From assembly GCA_965661285.1 (NCBI GenBank), contig CBFIDD010000002.1, forward strand, positions 160,001-224,000: a stretch of DNA of 64,000 nucleotides, written 5' to 3'. A program made the position numbers and the translations under genes. Source of the stretch: Poseidonia sp. (GTDB taxonomy: Archaea; Thermoplasmatota; Poseidoniia; Poseidoniales; Poseidoniaceae). Shown here one piece after another: positions 1 to 9,769 of this stretch; position 1 is the first letter of the stretch; each line of letters begins with the position of its first letter. The notes beneath the pieces were generated by a model that did not search any database, was not told the DNA's origin, and was given only the letters and a program-made list of their open reading frames with translations.

Positions 1-258
1 GATGTTCATGAACCAAAGGTTGTTTCGAACCTCAGCGACGATACCGACCACCAGGTCCCCGGAGCGGGGCATGTAGGCAGCGTTAATCGGGTCGATTGAG
101 ACGGTGTTGTTTTGCTCTCGCAACCAACCAAGTTGCGTGGCGATAAAGGATTCTTCAGCAGCGATGATTCCGCTGCCTGCTCGCTTCCCGGCGGATGACC
201 CAACGGCCATTCCCGGGGTCACCAGGCGCTGCTCGGCGCCGCTTCGACCTTGGGACAT
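1..258 (-). CDS. rrp4: Exosome RNA-binding subunit Rrp4, N-terminal part (runs off window start)
   Basis: Manual translation from ATG 258: MSQGRSGAEQRLVTPG...YMPRSGDLVVGIVAEVRNNLWFMNI (start of Rrp4 S1 domain); conserved psmA-SBDS-rrp4 order. Not in ORF track. Confidence 0.85.
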   Translation of the reverse strand, partial: MSQGRSGAEQRLVTPGMAVGSSAGKRAGSGIIAAEESFIATQLGWLREQNNTVSIDPINAAYMPRSGDLVVGIVAEVRNNLWFMNI

Positions 259-322
259 TCTTTTCTCTCCGATTGCGGCCACTCGCCAACCCATGATAAA
301 GGGCACCCTCAAGCCACGGCGT

Positions 323-1015
323 TCAAGAACCGAGTTCTTTCACTTCCGCATCGGAACTTCTTCGCATGACTTGGCCGATGAGTTCGCCTTTCATGCCGGC
401 GGGGCACTGGATAACACAGGCCCATGACCCGTCTTCAAGCCACCCTTCTTTTTGCTGATAAGAACGAAGGAGTTGAGACACGGAGCCGTACGCTGATCCT
501 GGGACTTTGAACGCGAGGCGGACGGATTCAAAGGAAAGCGGGATGAGGGGTTTGAGTTTTGCAATGGCGTCTTTGACCTGTTCCTCAAGCCGCTTGAAGG
601 GGTCGACAGAATAGCGTGATTCTTCAAGGGCCAACTCAATGCGAGTTTTCGGATGTGGCGACTTGGTTTTTGGGTCGACGGCTTGCGTGTGAACCTGGTG
701 GATGATTTGTTGACGCATATTTTCCACCATCTGTTTTCGTTGTGCCGTGGTTAACTGGATGGAACCTTTCTCGAGAATTGTGGTTGTGATGGCCACGATG
801 TCTTGCGTGCCAAAGGTCTTCTCAATCGCGTCTTCGGTGGGTCGCTCGCCACCACGTGCGTCATGGAAGACTTCGTCCATGGCGAGGAAATCGTTGATGT
901 CAACGCTTTCTGGCGCCTCTTTGAACGCTTCCACCAACACAGGGTCAACGAGCACTTCGTACCGTTTGCCACCCTTCTCCATTCGAGCAAGGACGGCGTC
1001 GTCAAGACTCACCAT
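323..1015 (-). CDS. Ribosome maturation protein SBDS/SDO1
   Basis: MVSLDDAVLAR..GGKRYEVLVDP, GSIQLTTAQRK, DPKTKSPHPKTRIELAL; start trimmed to ATG 1015. Confidence 0.95.
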   Translation of the reverse strand: MVSLDDAVLARMEKGGKRYEVLVDPVLVEAFKEAPESVDINDFLAMDEVFHDARGGERPTEDAIEKTFGTQDIVAITTTILEKGSIQLTTAQRKQMVENMRQQIIHQVHTQAVDPKTKSPHPKTRIELALEESRYSVDPFKRLEEQVKDAIAKLKPLIPLSFESVRLAFKVPGSAYGSVSQLLRSYQQKEGWLEDGSWACVIQCPAGMKGELIGQVMRRSSDAEVKELGS

Positions 1016-1063
1016 GCTATCACGCAGTTGGTGCAAGGGAGGGGCTACGCTTCAACCTAACCC

Positions 1064-1786
1064 TCAGTCTTCGAGAGGCTTGAGGCGGTCAATTTGTTTG
1101 TTGACTTCGCCACGGTCCAGAACACGATAACCTTTGGAATCAACCACGGTGACCTCAACCGCTTCCCGGTTGAGTTCGGCGTCATTGGCAGAACGAAGTG
1201 CTTCCAGACCGAGTTTCATGGCGGCGTTGAGCGTCATGTTGGGTTTCCAGTTGTCTTCAAAGAATTCGATCACGGTGTTGCGTCCGCTTCCAATAGCACC
1301 GGCATGGTAGGATTGGTAAGCACCGGACGGGTCGGTTTCGTAGAGATGAATGCCGTTGTCATCGACCCCGCCAATGAGAAGCGCCGTGCCGAAGGGTCGC
1401 GAGCCACCGTACTGGGTGAAGGATTGCTTGAAGTCGCAAATTTTCTTCACGAGGACATCAACTGGAACCGTGGCGCCGTAGGTGATGCGGTTGATTTGGG
1501 CCTCAACACGAGCTCGTGCGACAAGTTGACGAGCGTCAGCGACGAGTCCAGATGTAGCAATGCCGACATGTCCATCGATTTTGAACATTTTTTCAATGGA
1601 TTCAGGGATGATGAGTCGACTGATGATGCGCTTGTCGCAGACAAGGACAACACCGTCTTTGAACTTGAGCGCAGCAGTTGTGGTCCCGCGCTTCACGGAC
1701 TCGCGGGCGTATTCGACTTGGAACAGTCGTCCGTCTGGGCTGAATGTCGTGATGCCGTGATCGTATCCTCTTCCGCTTGGTTGCAT
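1064..1786 (-). CDS. psmA: Proteasome alpha subunit
   Basis: YDHGITTFSPDGRLFQVEYA signature; RPFGTALL; YETDPSG. Confidence 0.97.
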   Translation of the reverse strand: MQPSGRGYDHGITTFSPDGRLFQVEYARESVKRGTTTAALKFKDGVVLVCDKRIISRLIIPESIEKMFKIDGHVGIATSGLVADARQLVARARVEAQINRITYGATVPVDVLVKKICDFKQSFTQYGGSRPFGTALLIGGVDDNGIHLYETDPSGAYQSYHAGAIGSGRNTVIEFFEDNWKPNMTLNAAMKLGLEALRSANDAELNREAVEVTVVDSKGYRVLDRGEVNKQIDRLKPLED

Positions 1787-1938
1787 GGTCTGACCTCATA
1801 TGATTGGCTCGGTTGACACTTTATGAGGATGAGGGTCATCTTCGATGAGTGCTGTCCCGATATGACCTCAACCATGGCCGACCTGTATGAACCCTACGAG
1901 ACGTACACACTCATCAAGGAGCGTCCCTTGGGAAGGTT

Positions 1939-2586
1939 GTGCGAGTGGCAGTGCTTTCTTCGGGCGGCAAAGATTCTGCCGCGGCGTGGTGGTGGGCAAC
2001 CTGCCGTGGGTGGGACGTTGTCGGGCTCGTCACCGTTTCCATCACGGGCGAGGATTCGCCCATGTTCCAAATTCCGAGCACGCATCTCGTCCAGCGCCAG
2101 GCCGACCTCGCCAACCTCCCATGGCACAACGTGGTCGCAACCGGGGAAACGCCTCAGGACATTGAAGCCCTCGAATCAACTCTCGGGGGTCTTGACATCG
2201 ATGGATTTGTCTCCGGGGCACTCCGTTCGGACTATCAGAAATCTCGGCTTGAACGGATGGCGGTGCGTCTGGGCATCAGGAGTTGGACGCCGCTTTGGCA
2301 CCAGTTAGGGAGCAACCATGTTCACGACATGATACAGCACGGCTTTGAAATCATGATCACGGGTGTCTCGGCAGAGGGTTTGGACGATGAGTGGCTCGGC
2401 CATATTCTTACGCCGTCCTCCTTCAAGCGCTTGGAAGCATTGGCCCAGCGCCATCGGTTCCATGTTGAAGGGGAGGGCGGTGAATACGAAACCCTTGTCG
2501 TTGCGGGACCCCACATGAACGGGCGTATAGAGGTCGAAGGTGACGTGATCTGGGACGGCGTCCGAGGTCACTTCGCGATTCATTGA
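1939..2586 (+). CDS. Diphthine--ammonia ligase (Dph6/DUF71 PP-loop ATPase)
   Basis: SSGGKDS PP-loop, GALRSDYQK, PLW, GEGGEYET. Confidence 0.9.
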   Translation: MRVAVLSSGGKDSAAAWWWATCRGWDVVGLVTVSITGEDSPMFQIPSTHLVQRQADLANLPWHNVVATGETPQDIEALESTLGGLDIDGFVSGALRSDYQKSRLERMAVRLGIRSWTPLWHQLGSNHVHDMIQHGFEIMITGVSAEGLDDEWLGHILTPSSFKRLEALAQRHRFHVEGEGGEYETLVVAGPHMNGRIEVEGDVIWDGVRGHFAIH

Positions 2587-3929
2587 ATGGCTTGTCGGGC
2601 CAAAGCGACGCACTCGTCGACGATTTCACCGGAGACGCCAACGTGGTTGAGCGGGTCGAACATCGCTTCCAACTCCTCCGCCGAAAACGCGGCAGAAATG
2701 GCCGGGGTTCGGCTGCACACATCGATGAGTTCCTCACCGTTGGCCACCGCTTCAAAGGAGGCTTCACGCATCACTTCGTGTGCTTCATCGCGGGCAACAC
2801 CGTGGTCAACGAGTTCAATCATGACCTTCTCCGCCATCACCAAGCCCTTCTGAGCGTGAATATTCGCCAAGCATTGGTCCCGGTCAACCCACATGTTGGT
2901 GAGAACGTCCGCCGTTTTCGCCATCACGTCCTCAAGCAGAGCAGAAGCGTGGGAGAGCGTGAACCGCTCGCTGCTGGAATTGGCAAGGTCTCGTTCGTGC
3001 CAGAGCAGTGCATTTTCGTACGTCGGGATGATGAACGAGCGAACGATGCGGGCAAGACCAGAGGCATTTTCAGATTTAATGGGGTTCTTTTTGTGCGCCA
3101 TGGTGGACGAACCCACCTGCTTCTTGATGTCGAATCCTTCCCCCGCCTCGGCAAGTTCTGAACGCTGGAGATTACGAATTTCTTGCAGGACCTTTTCGCA
3201 GGTTGTGGCGACGTTGGCGAGCCATGAGATGTATTCCACATAGCGGTCTCGGCCAACAACCTGCGTGGTCGCCAAAGGTACACCGAGTCCCAAGTGGGTC
3301 AAAATGAGACGCTGCAGTTCTCGTGCGTTTTCTCCTTGAGCGGCACCTGTGCCGACGGCGCCGAGGAATTTTCCGACGGCGATTCGGGGCGAAGCCTCGT
3401 CCAAGCGAATCAGTTGGCGACGGAGCTCGTCCAACCAAACGGCAGCCTTCAGGCCGAACGTGATGGGAACGGCTGCTTGACCGTGGGTTCGCCCGAGCAT
3501 GACCGTGTCTCGCTCCCGCTCAGCAACATCAGCACAAACTGCGATGAGGTGGCAGAGTTTTTCACGCAGGAGCACGATGCTGTCTCGGAGTTGAAGGCCA
3601 ACCGCCGTATCAACGATGTCGTTCGAAGTCGCGCCGAGGTGAATGCACCAGCCAGCCTCACCTGCGGCTTCAGCCATGGCCTTGGTCAGGGCCATGATGT
3701 CATGACGGGTTTCGGCTTCGATTTCGCTGACCCGTTCTTTGGTCACATCCTTGGGATTTGAGATGGCGGCGACCGCATTGTAGTCATCTTCGGTTACTCG
3801 TCCGAGTTGCCAGTGGGCCCAAATCAAGGCGCGCTCGACCTCGAGTTGTCGCTCATGGCGGCCAAGTTCGGACCAAATGTGCTTGAAGTCTTGACAGCCG
3901 TAGCGGTAATCGAGCGGGCAGAAGGCCAT
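2580..3929 (-). CDS. purB: Adenylosuccinate lyase
   Basis: RHDI, HLGATSND, GRTHGQ, GSSTMAHKKNPIKSE; start MAFCPLDYRYG. Confidence 0.95.
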   Translation of the reverse strand: MAFCPLDYRYGCQDFKHIWSELGRHERQLEVERALIWAHWQLGRVTEDDYNAVAAISNPKDVTKERVSEIEAETRHDIMALTKAMAEAAGEAGWCIHLGATSNDIVDTAVGLQLRDSIVLLREKLCHLIAVCADVAERERDTVMLGRTHGQAAVPITFGLKAAVWLDELRRQLIRLDEASPRIAVGKFLGAVGTGAAQGENARELQRLILTHLGLGVPLATTQVVGRDRYVEYISWLANVATTCEKVLQEIRNLQRSELAEAGEGFDIKKQVGSSTMAHKKNPIKSENASGLARIVRSFIIPTYENALLWHERDLANSSSERFTLSHASALLEDVMAKTADVLTNMWVDRDQCLANIHAQKGLVMAEKVMIELVDHGVARDEAHEVMREASFEAVANGEELIDVCSRTPAISAAFSAEELEAMFDPLNHVGVSGEIVDECVALARQAIQ

Positions 3930-3985
3930 GTTTTGAGGCGTGCGACTCGATTCATCAACCTTGCCACGCCCGACCATGGGCTCCA

Positions 3986-4435
3986 CTAAGCGACGGGATC
4001 GGTAGCGGCATTTCCCGTGCCGACGGGCGCCATCACGTTGCGAATCAAAAGGATAGCAAATACAGAGGAGATGACAAACGAGAGCCCCACCCAGGCCGAC
4101 ATGTTGTACCACAGCAGCGCAACGCCAATGAGCGACCCGTAGGAGACAACCTGGCACAAGGCCGAGGCCAACTCAAGTTTCCTCAAACGCTCCTGTGGGA
4201 GACGCTGTTCGTGCTCAAGAACGAAGGTGTACACCAAGAAATATATGGCCTGAAAAGGCAAGGCAGCAGCGATGATGGCAAGTGCCACCTCTCTGAGAAC
4301 GATGTAGTCCTTCGCTTGTTCAATCCCTTGAAACAACATCAACGCCGTGTTGGTTCCCAACAACGCAGCCATGATCGTCCAGCGCTTGTCTTGTGAGGAT
4401 GTCCTGCTCTCAACGTTGACCGATTCATCACTCAT
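3986..4435 (-). CDS. Hypothetical membrane protein (about 4 TM)
   Basis: 149-aa ORF with four hydrophobic segments filling the gap. Confidence 0.7.
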   Translation of the reverse strand: MSDESVNVESRTSSQDKRWTIMAALLGTNTALMLFQGIEQAKDYIVLREVALAIIAAALPFQAIYFLVYTFVLEHEQRLPQERLRKLELASALCQVVSYGSLIGVALLWYNMSAWVGLSFVISSVFAILLIRNVMAPVGTGNAATDPVA

Positions 4436-4499
4436 GCGGTCGCATCACGCCAGCGAGGATTTGATGTTTCCCTACCGCGGCAGGAACAAAGCGCTCAAT

Positions 4500-4709
4500 T
4501 CAGCCGAGTAGGCGAATGACCGTTCCCGTGATGGCAGCCACGATGAGAAGAAGCACCATCATCGCCACTGGGCCGTACTGGTTCTTGTCATCGAGGGCCG
4601 TACCGATAAAACCGTCTCGCTTGATGGCTTCAAAAAAACTTCCAGCTTCCTCAAACTGAGGGGGCTCTCGGCGCGGAATGCGTTCCCCTTTGCGAACTTC
4701 ACCAGCCAT
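4500..4709 (-). CDS. Small protein with single C-terminal TM (tail-anchored topology)
   Basis: MAGEVRKGERIPRREPPQF...GPVAMMVLLLIVAAITGTVIRLLG. Confidence 0.7.
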   Translation of the reverse strand: MAGEVRKGERIPRREPPQFEEAGSFFEAIKRDGFIGTALDDKNQYGPVAMMVLLLIVAAITGTVIRLLG

Positions 4710-4795
4710 GATTCGCCCAGAGGGGCGGGGGTCATAGCCCTTGCGAAGACCATCCTCGCCGCAAGCCTCATTCACCGATGCCCAAACCATAGGCT

Positions 4796-5386
4796 ATGGA
4801 ACGGGTAGATTTTGGCCTGAACGGTGAACGAATCCATTTGGCCGTCGAAGGAAGCACCGGCGGCACAACCCTCGGACTCCACCTCGCTGCCGATGTCATC
4901 AATCAGGGAAAACGAGTCCTTTGGGCATCGGTTGAGATGCCAGACCCTGCTCGGTTTTCCCAACTTTTCCAACACCTTTCTCTGGTTGAGAGTGCACGAT
5001 TTCACGCCATGAATTTTGGTGGAAAATTCGACCGAGCCATCGATGCTCTCCTTGAAGCCGCTACATCGTTGCCCAGTGTCGGCCTTATCGTAATGGATGA
5101 TTGGTGTGCTTCGAGCGGACGAATCTCTGCCGAACGGCTTCAGCACATTGAACGCGTGGCAGTAGATGCCCCAAAAACCGCCACGGTCTTCTTGATTTCG
5201 AAAGGAAGCGTGGACGCCAGCGGTTCTACCGACGATCCCATCATCGCACGCTCAGCCGATGCGATGGCGGCCAAAGGATTCCAGATTTGGCGACTATGGC
5301 GTGGGGCAAACGGCACACAGCGAGTCCTCGCACGTGGAGAGGAACAGACCAATTTGGTGATTGAAGATTCAGGCTTCGTCGCTTGA
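4796..5386 (+). CDS. RecA/RadB-fold protein with degenerate Walker A
   Basis: EGSTGGTTLGLHLA..GKRVLWASVE..LIVMDD..VFLIS matches RadB/KaiC layout but lacks the GKT lysine. Confidence 0.6.
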   Translation: MERVDFGLNGERIHLAVEGSTGGTTLGLHLAADVINQGKRVLWASVEMPDPARFSQLFQHLSLVESARFHAMNFGGKFDRAIDALLEAATSLPSVGLIVMDDWCASSGRISAERLQHIERVAVDAPKTATVFLISKGSVDASGSTDDPIIARSADAMAAKGFQIWRLWRGANGTQRVLARGEEQTNLVIEDSGFVA

Positions 5387-5626
5387 GTCTTCGTCTTCGC
5401 CGAGAAGTTTGGCCATTTCTTCAAGGGCATCTTCATCGGGTTCATCGAACTGTTGAGGGTTTCGTGCACCCCCGTCCATTTCGTCCTCACCTGCAATTTT
5501 TGGCCCGCTTGACTCAAGCATGGCCGATCGGTTTTTCATGGCACGTTGACTAATGAACCAGATCATGACAAGCAAACTCAATCCCATGATGGCGTAGGCG
5601 ATGTTCTTGGTGGTGTCCGGCTCCAT
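5369..5626 (-). CDS. Small membrane protein, N-terminal TM with acidic tail
   Basis: 85-aa ORF, IAYAIMGLSLLVMIWFI then D/E-rich region. Confidence 0.65.
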   Translation of the reverse strand: MEPDTTKNIAYAIMGLSLLVMIWFISQRAMKNRSAMLESSGPKIAGEDEMDGGARNPQQFDEPDEDALEEMAKLLGEDEDSSDEA

Positions 5627-5673
5627 GGTGGAAACTGAACGCTGAACCTTTTCATGGTTTTGTAGCCATCATG

Positions 5674-6873
5674 TCATGGAAGACCGTCTTCCCATGAAAG
5701 CGGACGAGCGAGATGTCGACGGGCATCCACGGGTGGCTCAACCCACCCGATAAACGGGGGTTCCACATGCACATCCTCCCAACGGTCCTCCGACCTTGTT
5801 TTACACGACGGACACCGAAGGCCTTGGCCCTTCCCCATGCTCTTCAAACGAACCTGACATGCACCGCAACGGGGCCGCTGGAAGGTTCGTGCTTCCCAAG
5901 ATTCCACCATAAGCCGTTCTGCATGAAGGGTGCCTTCGGGATGGTTGAGACCTGCCACGCAGATCAGATCCCCTGCGGACAGCCATCGAGCGAGGGCATT
6001 GACCGGACCACCCTCAGCGTAAGCGACAACGGTGGGCCCGTCGGTTCGCACATGTGCGTGTTTCCGACTTGGATGCGTTTCGACGGCGACCACCCGAAGA
6101 TGACGGGGCGGTGGCAGATGGTCACCGCTTGCTTGGTTCGTTTGGAACACCCTCCAAGCAACCACCGCCTCGGTATCCGGAGCTGCGACCAAGTGTCGAC
6201 AAGCATGTTCGGCAGCCTCAAACGATGTTGCTCGAACGCCGAAAAGGACTGGGGAACGGCCTCGAGGCGCCACCAAGCTGTTTCCGTTTCTCGGGTCTCG
6301 CGAAAACACCACGCCGTCTCGCCCATCGACTTCTTCCAGAGCGTTGATGTCAATTTCTCGGTGGCGCTCAGCCGCTTCCTGCGTGCGCCAGGCAATCGCT
6401 TCCCATGTTGAGGTCAACGCAGGCCATGCTGCGGCAGCAGCTGCACCGATTCGACCGTGAACGCCCCAATCCTTGTCCGGTGCTGGGATGTCTGAAACAT
6501 GGACTTCGCCTCGAACAGCTCTCCAGTAAAATTCCTCTTCAGGCTGATGGGTGTAGTACACCATGCCGGGACTGGTGGCCGATTGAGGCCTGTCCGAGAT
6601 ATGTGATGGAGAACGTGCGCCAGCGAGCGGTGCAATGTGGTTCTCCCACCAAGCCTCAAGGTGAGCCAAGAGAGCCCCTTCGTCCTCACAGTGCAGTTCA
6701 ACGGCAAGGGCTGCATTTCCTCGCGTTCGACGTTGAGCGAAGGGCCATAGACGAACCAGTCGAGGAACTCCTATTCGGACATCATCGGGGAGATGCTCAA
6801 GCAAGGCATGGAAGTTCGCTGTCGTGCAACCACCTCCCAAAGAATCCGTATCGTCAAGACCCAGCCATCCCAT
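5674..6873 (-). CDS. tiaS: tRNA(Ile2) agmatinylcytidine synthetase
   Basis: GLDDTDS..GCT, RTRGNAA, PVLFGVR, TNQASGDHL, C-terminal CxxC..CxxC zinc ribbon. Confidence 0.88.
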   Translation of the reverse strand: MGWLGLDDTDSLGGGCTTANFHALLEHLPDDVRIGVPRLVRLWPFAQRRTRGNAALAVELHCEDEGALLAHLEAWWENHIAPLAGARSPSHISDRPQSATSPGMVYYTHQPEEEFYWRAVRGEVHVSDIPAPDKDWGVHGRIGAAAAAAWPALTSTWEAIAWRTQEAAERHREIDINALEEVDGRDGVVFSRDPRNGNSLVAPRGRSPVLFGVRATSFEAAEHACRHLVAAPDTEAVVAWRVFQTNQASGDHLPPPRHLRVVAVETHPSRKHAHVRTDGPTVVAYAEGGPVNALARWLSAGDLICVAGLNHPEGTLHAERLMVESWEARTFQRPRCGACQVRLKSMGKGQGLRCPSCKTRSEDRWEDVHVEPPFIGWVEPPVDARRHLARPLSWEDGLP

Positions 6874-6881
6874 GCACTCAC

Positions 6882-7541
6882 CTACGGTTCGAACAAGTCC
6901 CCGGGGTCATCGTCGTCAAGTAAACGGTCGTGAATTTGACCAAGACCGAGCGTTTTTGCAACCCGAAAGAGCCTGGCTCCGTAGGCCCATCCAGCGCCCA
7001 TATCGGATGTGCGGTCGCCGACCATGAGGTCCATTGGGTGAGGAGCGAGACGTTTCGAGCCCCACCAGTCGACCTGTGGTTTCTCGACGGCGTACATGGC
7101 AGGCGTGAGGGACGCATCCAGCCCGGGTTGTTTGCGAAGCAGGTCATGACCAAGAAGCAACATCGCCGGTGAGGGTTTTCTGCAAGCACAACGGTCCTCC
7201 CATCGATGCGGACAGGTCAGAAACGCGTCAATGAGGGCGTCTTTATTCAATTCCAACAATCGTTCCTGCAAGGTTACGTGGAGTACTTCTAGTCGTTCGG
7301 GTCCCCACAAGCCTCTTGAGATGGGCGACTGATTCGTCACGACGCAGATGAGGTAGCCTCGCTGGCGCAGCGCGGCAATACTGTTCGCTGCGCCGTCCAA
7401 AACGACGACCTCTTTGGGGAGATTGACGTAGCCCGCTTTTCCAAGATTCAACACGCCGTCCCGGTCTAGAAAGGCAACCGGCGAGGTTGTCCGAGTTTCG
7501 AACGGCACGTGCGGTGCTGTTTGCACATAGGGGCCGTCCAT
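6882..7541 (-). CDS. HAD-IIIA phosphatase (GmhB/histidinol-phosphatase-like)
   Basis: FLDRDGVLN, VTNQS, CPH..CACRKP, MVGDRTSD. Confidence 0.85.
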   Translation of the reverse strand: MDGPYVQTAPHVPFETRTTSPVAFLDRDGVLNLGKAGYVNLPKEVVVLDGAANSIAALRQRGYLICVVTNQSPISRGLWGPERLEVLHVTLQERLLELNKDALIDAFLTCPHRWEDRCACRKPSPAMLLLGHDLLRKQPGLDASLTPAMYAVEKPQVDWWGSKRLAPHPMDLMVGDRTSDMGAGWAYGARLFRVAKTLGLGQIHDRLLDDDDPGDLFEP

Positions 7542-7621
7542 GCGACGGGCTTTGGTTGGCGACTCATGGCCTTTGTTCTCGTTTGGAGACCTTCATAGTG
7601 CATCGCCTTCTCGCTCGTGAT

Positions 7622-8527
7622 GTGCTCATCGAACGAGAAGCAGCCACCTTCATCGGTGCCCTCGGCATGGTGTTGCTCGGCGCTTCATGGTGGTGGCGAG
7701 GACGTTCACCTGTCCCGGTGGCCCAGGCAGGGTGGCTGCTGGTTGGTTTCTACTTCTTTTCCCAAGCGTGGACCTATCACGCCCACGACGACCCGATACT
7801 GACGGCCATGTCGGCCTTGACATTACCGCTGAGTGCCCTCGCTGCCTGGTGGGAGCAAACCGCTACGGACCAACGAAAGGATGCCATCGTTTGGGCGAGG
7901 GGGACCGTTGCGTTTGCGGGTGGACCTTACCTGCTCATCTCCTATGTCCCCTACTTGAGCGTCCTCGCGATTTGGTTTGTCGCCTCACAGTCTGCATGGT
8001 TCCTCGGATTTGCCACGGGACAAAACATCGAGATCGGAACCACGTGGGTCAACGACAGCGCCGGCAGAGTCTCATGGGAAGAATGGGACGGCAACCGCTG
8101 GTTTGCAACCGACTTTAGCGGAGAATATGCCTTCCAATCAGAGCTGCTTCTTGCAGACGGCACCATGATTGGGATTAATTTCGTGCTGGCCTGCACCGCC
8201 ATCCAATCCATGGTGCTGTTCATCGGCGCCATTTCCGTCCTTGACATGTCATGGAAGAAGCGCGTTCGTGCCTTGTTGCTCGTGATACCAACGATCCACG
8301 TCCTGAACTTGTTCCGAAATGCCGGACTGATTTGGATGCACATGACCTATACCCAATGGGATCTTTGGGGGATGAGCGTGTTTGAATTTGGGCACAGTTA
8401 TATCGCCCGTTTCGTGAGCCTCTTTGCCATGTTCCTTCTGGCGCTTATCATGTTTGAAATGCTGCCAACCATGCATCGCAACATCATGGCCCTGACCGGT
8501 TCAAACCAACGCACTGCACGGAAATAA
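7622..8527 (+). CDS. Archaeosortase (ArtA-like)
   Basis: Multi-TM; VLACTAIQSM (Cys), LNLFRNAG (Arg), FGHSYIAR; GTG 7622 lies 30 nt after TTCATA box. Confidence 0.8.
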   Translation: MLIEREAATFIGALGMVLLGASWWWRGRSPVPVAQAGWLLVGFYFFSQAWTYHAHDDPILTAMSALTLPLSALAAWWEQTATDQRKDAIVWARGTVAFAGGPYLLISYVPYLSVLAIWFVASQSAWFLGFATGQNIEIGTTWVNDSAGRVSWEEWDGNRWFATDFSGEYAFQSELLLADGTMIGINFVLACTAIQSMVLFIGAISVLDMSWKKRVRALLLVIPTIHVLNLFRNAGLIWMHMTYTQWDLWGMSVFEFGHSYIARFVSLFAMFLLALIMFEMLPTMHRNIMALTGSNQRTARK

Positions 8528-8529
8528 CG

Positions 8530-8601
8530 TGCAGGCGCCGGGAGTTGAACCCGGGTAGAGAGGTTGGGAACCTCCCATCATAACCACTAGATCACGCCTG
8601 C
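8530..8601 (-). tRNA. tRNA-Gly(CCC)
   Basis: Reverse complement GCAGGCGTGATCTAGTGG..GGAGG-TTCCCAA-CCTCT..GGTTCAACTCC..CGCCTGCA cloverleaf. Confidence 0.93.
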
Positions 8602-8679
8602 TCGCACGCCGTGGAGCGTAATTCCATTCAAGAGGGCTGTGGTTGGAAACCATGATGGTGGTCGTAAGGATGGCCGACC

Positions 8680-9768
8680 ATGCATCCCGCATTGAAACCG
8701 TTTGTGTTTCAGCGCGGAGAGCTCAGGGCCCGCAACAGAACCGTGTTGGCAGCCATGACCAACAAACAAAGTCACGACGACGGCCGGCTTTCGGTGGACG
8801 AAATCGAGTGGCTCGCTGCGCGTAGTGCCGGTGGTTTTGGCATCATCACCACGGCAGCCACCCATGTTGAGGAGGACGGGAAAGGCTGGGAAGGGGAGTT
8901 TGGCACATGGTCGGATGACCATCTCGAAGGCCTTGAAGAGATGGCGAGCAGCATCAATCGACATGGCGGGCTAAGTCTCGCTCAACTGTTTCATGGCGGC
9001 ATGCGAGCCCCCGAACGTCTGACGGGCCTTCAACCAAAATCAGCCTCCGAAAACGACCTCGGTCGTGGGCTTGGGAGCAGTCGGTCGATGACGCACCACG
9101 AAATCGAGGCAACGATCCGGGCGTTTGGGCAGGCAGCACATCGATGCGAAATGGCCGGGTTCCACGGTGTTGAACTTCATGGAGCACACGGGTATCTGAT
9201 CGCTCAATTCCTCGGCTCTTCCACCAATCGACGAACCGATGAATGGGGTGGAAACCAAGCGAAGCGGACGTCCTTTCTTGAAAAAATTGTCAAGGAAGTG
9301 CGTCGCACGACCGGCCCGGATTTTCTTGTCGGCGTACGTCTCTCTCCGGTGCTGAGTTCGTGCGGCTTGACCCTCGTAGATGCCCTTGAAACCCTGCAAC
9401 TTTGCAACCGTATGGAACTCGATTTTGTCCATGTTTCCTGTTGGGATATCACCGAGACTGGTGTCTACAACGGCAAAACGTTGCCATACACCTCGCACTT
9501 CAGAGATGTACTCGATACCAAAACACCGCTCATCACCACCGGTGGCGTGTGGAATGCGGATGAGGCTCAAGGTGCCCTTAAACAGGGTGCGGCGTTGGTT
9601 GGTGTGGCACGAGCCGGCATCGCACACCCGGACTGGCCGATGTACTTGGATGAACACAACGGAGAACCTGCTCGCCCGCCGTTTGACGAGGAGACATTGC
9701 GCAAGGCGAAATTGAATCCGACCTTCATCAACTACATGCGTCGATGGGACGGTTTTGTCTCCGATTGA
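8680..9768 (+). CDS. NADH:flavin oxidoreductase (Old Yellow Enzyme family)
   Basis: NRTVLAAMT, QLFHGG, GVELHGAHGYLIAQF, TNRRTDEWGG. Confidence 0.93.
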   Translation: MHPALKPFVFQRGELRARNRTVLAAMTNKQSHDDGRLSVDEIEWLAARSAGGFGIITTAATHVEEDGKGWEGEFGTWSDDHLEGLEEMASSINRHGGLSLAQLFHGGMRAPERLTGLQPKSASENDLGRGLGSSRSMTHHEIEATIRAFGQAAHRCEMAGFHGVELHGAHGYLIAQFLGSSTNRRTDEWGGNQAKRTSFLEKIVKEVRRTTGPDFLVGVRLSPVLSSCGLTLVDALETLQLCNRMELDFVHVSCWDITETGVYNGKTLPYTSHFRDVLDTKTPLITTGGVWNADEAQGALKQGAALVGVARAGIAHPDWPMYLDEHNGEPARPPFDEETLRKAKLNPTFINYMRRWDGFVSD

Positions 9769-9769
9769 G

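Noticed and set aside
1820-1890. Possible C/D box sRNA (GATGA..CCGA..ATGA..CCGA) between psmA and the Dph6 gene
   Set aside because: Boxes are degenerate, the first guide is too short, and I could not identify a target; a covariance or snoscan search would be needed.
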